Origin: Eledone cirrhosa
Lineage: Eukaryota
DNA length: 64,000 nucleotides
Direction: 5' to 3'
Assembly (NCBI GenBank): GCA_964016885.1
Contig: OZ024762.1
Span: 28,458,001 to 28,522,000, forward strand
The notes under the pieces are model-generated. The model was not told the DNA's origin and did no database searches. It worked only from the letters and a program-made list of their open reading frames with translations. A program made the translations under genes and the position numbers. Shown one piece after another: positions 55,401 through 64,000 of the stretch; the stretch's first letter is position 1; every line of letters begins with the position of its first letter.

Positions 55401-58400
55401 GCTTTCATTCAATATTGGGTTGGTCTGTAACAAGACAGTAGCTTTTATTCAATATTAGGTTGGTCTGTAACAAGACAATAGCTTTTATTAAATATTGGGT
55501 TGGTGTGTAACAAGACAATAGCTTTTATTTAATATTGGGTTGGTGTGTAACAAGACAGTAGCTTTTATTAAATATTGGGTTGGTGTGTAACAAGACAGTA
55601 GCTTTTATTCAATATTGGGTTGGTGTGTAACAATACAGTAGCTTTTATGCAATATTGGGTTGGTCTGTAACAAGACAGTAACTTTTATTGAATATTGCGT
55701 TGGTCTGTAACAAGACAGTAGCTTTTATTCAATATTGTTCTGGTCTGTAACAAGACAATAGCTTTTATTCAATATTAGGTTGGTCTGTAACAAGACAATA
55801 GCTTTTATTTAATATTGGGTTTGTCTGTAATAAGACAGTAGCTTTTATTCAATATTATGTTGGTGTGTAACAAGACAGTAGCTTTTATTCAATATTGGGT
55901 TGGTCTGTAACAAGACAGTAGCTTTTATTGAATATTGGATTGGTCTGTAACAAGACAGTAGCTTTTATTCACTACTAGGTTGGTCTGTAACAAGACAATA
56001 GCTTTTATTAAATATTGGGTTGGTGTGTAACAAGACAGTAGCTTTTATTTAATATTGTGTTCGTCTGTAATAAGACAGTAGCTTTTATTCAATATTATGT
56101 TGGTGTGTAACAAGACAGTAGATTTTATTAAATATTGGGTTGGTCTGTAACAAGAGAGTTGCTTTTATTAAATATTGGGTTGGTGTGTAACAAGACAGTA
56201 GCTTTTATTCAATATTGGGTTGGTCTGTAACAAGACAGTAGCTATTATTCAATATTATGTTGGTGTGTAACAAGACTGTAGGTTTTATTAAATATTGGGT
56301 TGGTCTGTAACAAGACAATAGCTTTTATTGAATATAGGGTTGGTCTGTAACAAGACAGTAGCTTCTATTAAATATTGGGTTGGTGTGTAACAAGACAGTA
56401 GCTTTTATTAAATATTGAGTTGGTCTGCAACAAGACAGGAGCTTTTATAAAATATTGGGTTGGTCTGTAACAAGACGGTAGCTTTTATTCAATATTGGGT
56501 TCGTCTGTAACAAGACACTAGCTTTTATTCAATATTGGGTTGGTGTGTCACAAGACAGTAGCTTTTATTAAATATTGGGTTGGTCTGTAACAAGACAGTA
56601 GCTTTTATTCAATAATATGTTGGTGTGTAACAAGACAGTAGATTTTATTAAATATTGGGTTGGTCTGTAACAAGAGAGTTGCTTTTATTATATATTGGGT
56701 TGGTGTGTAACAAGACAGTTGCTTTTATGCATTATTGGGTTGGTCTGTAACAAGACCGTAGCTTTTATTCAATATTGGGTTCGTGTGTAACAAGACAGTA
56801 GCTTTTATTCAATATTGGGTTGGTGTGTAACAAGACAGTAGCTTTTATTGAATATCGGGTTGGTCTGTAACGAGACAGTAGCTTTTATTCAATACTAGGT
56901 TGGTCTGTAACAAGACAATAGCTTTTATTAAATATTGGGTTGGTGTGTAACAAGACAGTAGCTTTTATTAAATATTGTGTTCGTCTGTAATAAGACAGTA
57001 GCTTTTATTCAATATTATGTTGGTGTGTAACAAGACAGTAGATTTTATTATATATTACGTTGTTGTGTAACAAGATACTAGCATTTATTCAATATTATGT
57101 TGGTCTGAAACAAGACAGTAGGTTTTATTCAATATTCGGTTGGTCTGTAACAAGACAGTAGGTTTTATTAAATATTGCGTTGGTCTGTAACAAGACAATA
57201 GCTTTTATTGAATATTGGGTTGGTCTGTAACAAGACAGTAGCTTTTATTCAATATTGGGTTGGTCTGCAACAAGGCAGTAGCTTTTATTAAATATTGGGT
57301 TGGTCTGTAACAAGACAGTAGCTTTTATTCAATATTGGGTTGGTCTGTAACAAGACAGTAGCTTTATTAGATATGGGGTTGCTCTGTAACAAGACAGTAG
57401 CTTTTATTCAATATTGGGTTGGTCTGTAACAAGACAGTAGCTTTTATTCAATATTGGGTTGGTGTGTAACAAGACAGTAGCTTTTATTAAATATTGGGTT
57501 GGTCTGAAACAAGATAGTAGCTTTTATTAAATATTGGGTTGGTCTGTAACAAGACAGTAGATTTTATTCAATATTCGGTTGGTGTGTAACAAGACAGTAG
57601 CTTTTATTAAATATTGGGTTGGTCTGCAACAAAACAGGAGATTTTATGAAATATTGGGTTGGTCTGTAACAAGACAGTAGCTTTTATTATATATTGGGTT
57701 TGTCTGTAATAAGACAGTAGCTTTTATTCAATATTGCGTTGGTGTGTAACAAGACAGTAGATTTTATGCAATATTGGGTTGGTCTGTAACAAGACAGTAG
57801 CTTTTATTCAATATTAGGTTGGTCTGTAACAAGACAATATCTTTTATTAAATATAGGATTGGTGTGTAACAAGACAGTAGCTTTTTATTAAATATTGCGT
57901 TAGTGTGTAACAAGACAGTAGCTTTTATTCAATATTGGGTTGGTCTGTAACAAGACAGTAGCTTTTATTTAATATTGGGTTGGTGTGTAACAAGACAGTA
58001 GCTTTTCTTCAATATTGGGTTGGTGTGTAACAAGACAGTATCTTTTATTAAATATTACGTTGTTTTGTAACAAGATACTAGCATTTATTCAATATTATGT
58101 TGGTCTGTAACAAGACAGTAGCTTTTATTAAATATTGGGTTCGACTGTAATAAGACAGTTGCTTTTATTCAATATTATGTTGGTGTGTAACAAGACAGTA
58201 GGTTTTATTAAATATTGCGTTGGTCTGTAACAAGACAATAGCTTTTATTGAATATTGTGTTGGTCTGTAACAAGACAGTAGCTTTTATTCAATATTGGGT
58301 TGGTCTGCAACAAGGCAGTAGCTTTTATTCAATATTATGTTGGTGTGTAACAAGACAGTAGGTTTTATTAAATATTGGTTTGGTCTGCAACAAGACAGGA

Positions 58401-61400
58401 GCTTTTATGAAATATTGGGTTGGTCTGTAACAAGACAGTAGCTTTTATTAAATATTGGGTTGGTCTGTAACAAGACAGTAGCTTTTATTAAATATTGGGT
58501 TGGTCTGTAATAAGACAGTAGCTTTTATTAAATATTGGGTTGGTGTGTAACAAGACAGTTGCTTTTATGCATTATTGGGTTGGTCTGTAACAAGACCGTA
58601 GCTTTTATTCAATATTGGGTTCGTGTGTAACAAGACAGTAGCTTTTATTCAATATTGGGATGGTCTGTAACAAGACAGTAGATTTATTAGATATGGGGTT
58701 GCTCTGTAACAAGACAGTAGCTTTTATTCAATATTGGGTTGGTCTGTAACAAGACAGTAGCTTTTATTCAATATTGGGTTGGTGTGTAACAAGACAGTAG
58801 CTTTTATTCAATATTGGGTTGGTCTGAAACAAGACAGTAGCTTTTATTAAATATTGGGTTGGTCTGTAACAAGACGGTAGCTTTTATTCAATATTCGGTT
58901 GGTGTGTAACAAGGCAATAACTTTTATTAAATATTGGGTTGGTCTGTAACAAGACAGTAGCTTTTATGCATTATTGGGTTGGTCTGTAACAAGACAGTAG
59001 CTTTTATTCAATATTGGGTTGGTGTGTAACATGTCAGTAGCTTTTATTAAATATTAGGTTGGCCTGTAACAAGACAGTAGCTTTTATTCAATACTAGGTT
59101 GGTCTGTAACAAAACAATAGCTTTTATTAAATATTGGGTTGGTGTGTAACAAGACAGTAGCTTTTATTAAATATTGGGTTCGTCTGTAATAAGACAGTAG
59201 CTTTTATTCAATATCATGTTGGTGTGTAACAAGACAGTAGATTTTATTAAATATTGGGTTGGTCTGTAGCAAGACAGTAGCTTTTATTCAATATTGGGTT
59301 GGTGTGTAACAATACAGTAGCTTTTATGCAATATTGGGTTGGTCTGTAACAAGACAGTAGCTTTTATTGAATATTGCGTTGGTCTGTAACAAGACAGTAG
59401 CTTTTATTCAATATTGTTCTGGTCTGTAACAAGACAATAGCTTTTATTCAATATTAGGTTGGTCTATAACAAGACAATAGCTTTTATTTAATATTGGGTT
59501 TGTCTGTAATAAGACAGTAGCTTTTATTCAATATTATGTTGGTGTGTAACAAGACAGTAGCTTTTATTAAATATTGGGTTGGTCTGTAACAAGACAGTTG
59601 CTTTTACGCATTATTGGGTTGGTCTGTAACAAGGCAGTAGCTTTTATTAAATATTGGGTTGGTCTGTAACAAGACAGTAGCTTTATTAGATATGGGGTTG
59701 CTCTGTAACAAGACAGTAGCTTTTATTCAATATTGGGTTGGTGTGTAACACGACAGTAGCTTTTATTAAATATTGGGTTGGTCTGCAACAATGCAGTAGC
59801 TTTTATTCAATATTGGGTTGGTCTGTAACAAGACAGTAGCTTTATTAGATATGGGGTTGCTCTGTAACAAGACAGTAGCTTTTATTCTATATTGGGTTGG
59901 TGTGTAACACGACAGTAGCTTTTATTAAATATTGGGTTGGTCTGCAACAAGGCAGTAGCTTTTATTAAATATTGGGTTGGTCTGTAACAAGAGAGTTGCT
60001 TTTATTAAATATTGGGTTGGTGTGTAACAAGACAGTAGCTTTTATTCAATATTGGGTTGGTCTGTAACAAGACAGTAACTTTTATTCAATATTATGTTGG
60101 TTTGTAACAAGACAGTAGCTTTTATTAAATATTGGGTTGGTCTGCAACACGACAGGAGCTTTTATTCAATATTGGGTTGGTCTGCAACAAGGCAGTAGCT
60201 TTTATTAAATATTGGGTTGGTCTGTAACAAGACAGTAGCTTTTATTCAATATTGGGTTGGTCTGTAACAAGACAGTAGCTTTATTAGGTATGGGGTTGCT
60301 CTGTAACAAGACAGTAGCTTTTATTCAATATTGGGTTGGTCTGTAACAAGACAGTAGCTTTTATTCAATATTGGGTTGGTGTGTAACAAGACAGTAGCTT
60401 TTATTAAATATTGGGTTGGTCTGAAACAAGATAGTAGCTTTTATTAAATATTGGGTTGGTCTGTAACAAGACAGTAGATTTTATTCAATATTCGGTTGGT
60501 GTGTAACAAGACAGTAGATTTTATTAAATATTGGGTTGGTCTGCAACAAAACAGGAGATTTTATGAAATATTGGGTTGGTCTGTAACAAGACAATAGCTT
60601 TTATTGAATATTGGGTTGGTCTGTAACAAGACAGTAGCTTTTATTAAATATTGGGTTGGTGTGTAACAAGACAGTAGCTTTTATTAAATATTGGGTTGGT
60701 CTGCAACAAGACAGGAGCTTTTATGAAATATTGGGTTGGTCTGTAACAAGACAGTAGCTTTTATTCAATATTGGGTTGGTCTGAAACAAGACAGTAGCTT
60801 TTATTAAATATTGGGTTGGTCTGTAACAAGACGGTAGCTTTTGTTCAATATTCGGTTGGTGTGTAACAAGACAGTAGCTTTTATTAAATATTGGGTTGGT
60901 CTGTAACAAGACAGTAGCTTTTATGCATTATTGGGTTGGTCTGTAACAAGACAGTAGCTTTTACTCAATATTGGGTTGGTGTGTAACAAGACAGTAGCTT
61001 TTATTCAATATTGGGTTGCTCTGAAACAAGACAGTAGCTTTTATTAAATATTGGGTTGGTCTGTAACAAGAAGGTAGCTTTTGTTCAATATTAGGTTGGT
61101 CTGTAACAAGACAGTAGCTTTTATTGAATATTGTGTTGGTCTGTAACAAGACAGTAGCTTTTATTCAAAACTAGGTTGCTCTGTAACAAGACAATAGCTT
61201 TTATTAAATATTGGGTTGGTGTGTCACAAGACAGTAGCTTTATTAAATATTGGGTTGGTCTGTAACAAGACTGTAGCTTTTATTAAATATTGGGTTGGTC
61301 TGTAACAAGACAGTTGCTTTTATGCATTATTGGGTTGGTCTGTAACAAGACAGTAGCTTTTATTCAATATTGGGTTCGTGTGTAACAAGACAGTAGCTTT

Positions 61401-61555
61401 TATTAAATATTGGGTTGGTGTGTAACAAGACAGTAGCTTTTATTCAATATTGGGTTGGTCTGTAACAAGACAGTAGATTTTATTTAATATTGGGTTGGTG
61501 TGTAACAAGACAGTAGCTTTTCTTCAATATTGGGTTGGTGTGTAACAAGACAGTA

Positions 61556-64000
61556 GCTTTAATTAAATATTACGTTGTTGTGTAACAAGACACTAGCTTT
61601 TATTCAATATTATGTTGGTCTGAAACAAGACAGTAGGTTTTATTCAATATTGGGTTGGTGTGTAACAAGACAGTCGCTTTTATTCAATATTGGGTTGATG
61701 TGTAACAAGGCAGTAACTTTTATTCAATATTGGGTTGGTGTGTAACAAGACAGTAGCTTTTCGTAAATATTAGGTTGGTGTGTAACAAGACAGTAGCTTT
61801 TTTAATATATTGGGTTGGTCTGTAACAAGACAATAGCTTTTATTCGATATTGGGTTGGTCTGTAACAAGACAGTAGCTTTTATTCAATATTGGGTTCGTG
61901 TGTAACAAGACAGTAGCTTTTATTAAATATTGGGTTCGACTGTAATAAGACAGTAGCTTTTATTCAATATTATGTTGGTGTGTAACAAGACAGTAGGTTC
62001 TATTAAATATTGGGTTGGTCTGCAACAAGACAATAGCTTTTATTGAATATTGGGTTGGTCTGTAACAAGACAGTAGCTTTTATTCAATATTGGGTTGGTG
62101 TGTAACACGACAGTAGCTGTTATTCAATATTGGGTTGGTGTGTAACAAGTCAGTAGCTTTTATTAAATATTAGGTTGGTCTGTAACAAGACAGTAGCTTT
62201 TATTAAATATTAGGTTGGTCTGTAACAAGACAGTAGCTTATATTGAATATTGGGTTGGTCTGTAACAAGAAAATAGCTTTTATTCAATATTAGGTTAGTG
62301 TGTAACAAGACAGTAGCTTTTATTCAATATTAGGTTGGTCTGTAACAAGACAATAGCTTTTATTAAATATTGGGTTGGTGTGTAACAAGACAGTAGCTTT
62401 TATTAAATATTGGGTTCGTCTGTAATAAGACAGTAGCTTTTATTCAACATTAGGTTAGTATGTAACAAGACAGTAGCTTTTATTAAATATTGTTCTGGTC
62501 TGTAACAAGACAATAGCTTTTATTCAATATTAGGTTGGTCTGTAACAAGACAATATCTTTTATTAAATATTGGGTTCGTCTGTAATAAGACAGTAGCTTT
62601 TATTCAATATTATGCTGGTGTGTAACAAGAGAGTAGATTTTATTAAATATTGGGTTGGTCTGTATCAAGAGAGTTGCTTTTATTAAATATTGGGTTGGTC
62701 TGTAACAAGACAGTAGCTTTTATTTAATATTGGGTTGGTGTGTAACAAGACAGTAGCTTTTATACATTATTGGGTTGGTCTGTTACAAGACAGTAGCTTT
62801 TATAAAATATTAGGTTTGTCTGTAACAAGCCAATAGCTTTTATTCAATATTATGTTGGTCTGAAACAAGACAGTCGCTTTTATTCAATATTGGGTTGATG
62901 TGTAACAAGGCAGTAACTTTTATTCAATATTGGATTGGTGTTTAACAAGACAGTAGCTTTTATTAAATATTGGGTTGGTGTGTAACAAGACAGTAGCTTT
63001 TATTCAATATTGGGTTGGTCTGTAACAAGACAATAGCTTTTATTAAATATTGGGTTGGTGTGTAACAAGACAGTAGCTTTTATTAAATATTGGGTTCGTC
63101 TGTAATAAGACAGTAGCTTTTATTCAATATTATGTTGGTGTGTAACAAGACAGTAGATTTCATTAAATATTGGGTTGGTCTGTAACAAGAGAGTTGCTTT
63201 TAATAAATATTGGGTTGGTGTGTAACAAGACAGTAGCTTTTATTAAATATTGCGTTGGTCTGTAACAAGACGGTAGCTTTAATTAAATATTACGTTGTTG
63301 TGTAACAAGACACTAGCTTTTATTCAATATTATGTTGGTCTGAAACAAGACAGTAGGTTTTATTCAATATTGGGTTGGTGTGTAACAAGACAGTCGCTTT
63401 TATTCAATATTGGGTTGATGTGTAACAAGGCAGTAACTTTTATTCAATATTGGGTTGGTGTGTAACAAGACAGTAGCTTTTCGTAAATATTAGGTTGGTG
63501 TGTAACAAGACAGTAGCTTTTTTAATATATTGGGTTGGTCTGTAACAAGACAATAGCTTTTATTCGATATTGGGTTGGTCTGTAACAAGACAGTAGCTTT
63601 TATTCAATATTGGGTTCGTGTGTAACAAGACAGTAGCTTTTATTAAATATTGGGTTCGACTGTAATAAGACAGTAGCTTTTATTCAATATTATGTTGGTG
63701 TGTAACAAGACAGTAGGTTCTATTAAATATTGGGTTGGTCTGCAACAAGACAATAGCTTTTATTGAATATTGGGTTGGTCTGTAACAAGACAGTAGCTTT
63801 TATTCAATATTGGGTTGGTGTGTAACACGACAGTAGCTGTTATTCAATATTGGGTTGGTGTGTAACAAGTCAGTAGCTTTTATTAAATATTAGGTTGGTC
63901 TGTAACAAGACAGTAGCTTTTATTAAATATTAGGTTGGTCTGTAACAAGACAGTAGCTTATATTGAATATTGGGTTGGTCTGTAACAAGAAAATAGCTTT
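61556..64000. repeat. Duplication with 1,720-bp offset (43 monomers), second copy truncated by the window end
   Basis: AATTAAATATTACG (61561/63281), TATTCGATAT (61841/63561), GTAGCTGT, GCTTATATTG and AAGAAAATAG (62267/63987) recur at +1720. Confidence 0.92.

Larger units (their letters stand above)
1..64000. repeat. 40-bp tandem satellite DNA array (~1,600 head-to-tail monomers, single orientation, open at both window ends)
   Basis: The unit AATATTRGGTTGGTSTGTAACAAGACAGTAGCTTTTATTM recurs every 40 bp from base 1 to 64000. Most monomers differ from consensus by only a few substitutions, with occasional 38, 39 or 41 bp units. No non-repeat sequence or inverted copy was seen. Confidence 0.99.

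Noticed and set aside
2264-61149. Thirteen 61-77 aa minus-strand ORFs with repeated SYCLVT/LLSCY/KATVLL peptides
   Set aside because: They are translations of the 40-bp unit cycling through three frames (40-aa period). The consensus gives a TAA stop every third monomer, and these ORFs appear only where a point variant removes one. Most start at TTG, and identical ORFs simply mark duplicated blocks.
1-64000. CRISPR array or other repeat-spacer system
   Set aside because: Repeats are directly head-to-tail with no unique spacers, leader or cas genes. Variation is limited to point changes within the unit.
1-64000. Telomeric repeat (TTAGG, TTGGG, TTAGGTTGG and TATTGGG sub-motifs resemble arthropod or ciliate telomere units)
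   Set aside because: These motifs occur once per 40-bp monomer, not as tandem short units. The inherited HOR variants indicate recombinational amplification, not telomerase synthesis. A subtelomeric location cannot be excluded or supported.
1-64000. G-quadruplex potential (GGTTGGTGTG matches the first 10 nt of the thrombin-binding aptamer)
   Set aside because: There are only two short G-runs per monomer, and the next pair is more than 30 nt away. The second half of the aptamer is absent and the canonical G4 pattern is not met.
1-64000. CCAAT box, ACCAACC (plant MYB AC element) and CAGAC (Smad element) on the minus strand of many monomers
   Set aside because: These are 5-7 bp matches expected by chance in some form in any 40-mer and multiplied by the repeat itself. 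There is no gene, promoter context or known host to support them.
1-64000. Variant monomer order as an information-bearing code, or diversity-generating/antigenic-variation cassettes
   Set aside because: The order is adequately explained by nested duplication and deletion of mutated monomers. No expression site, recombinase, reverse transcriptase or reading frame is present.
1-64000. Assignment to a named satellite family, species or functional centromere
   Set aside because: I do not recognise the monomer. A search against Dfam/Repbase/nt and CENH3 data would be required.

Overview
The whole 64 kb window is one uninterrupted, single-orientation tandem satellite array of about 1,600 copies of a 40-bp monomer, consensus AATATT(G/A)GGTTGGT(C/G)TGTAACAAGACAGTAGCTTTTATT(A/C), about 33-35% GC. 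Both ends run off the window. I see no genes, RNA genes, transposons, CRISPR spacers or unique sequence, and the 13 listed ORFs are translation artefacts of the repeat. The organisation is typical of eukaryotic heterochromatic satellite DNA, but the species and chromosomal position cannot be read from the sequence. The informative signal is the order of variant monomers, which shows a nested hierarchy: a 40-bp monomer, a cryptic 80-bp dimer in the left subfamily, recent tandem duplications of 0.4-3.5 kb, and an apparent ~18-kb macro-duplication (about 8.85-27.06 kb and 27.06-44.6 kb). That central domain carries derived variants, while the flanks carry ancestral-looking ones and share a block 56 kb apart. 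I found no new protein-coding system. All offsets were counted by hand from diagnostic variants, so boundaries are approximate to about one monomer.
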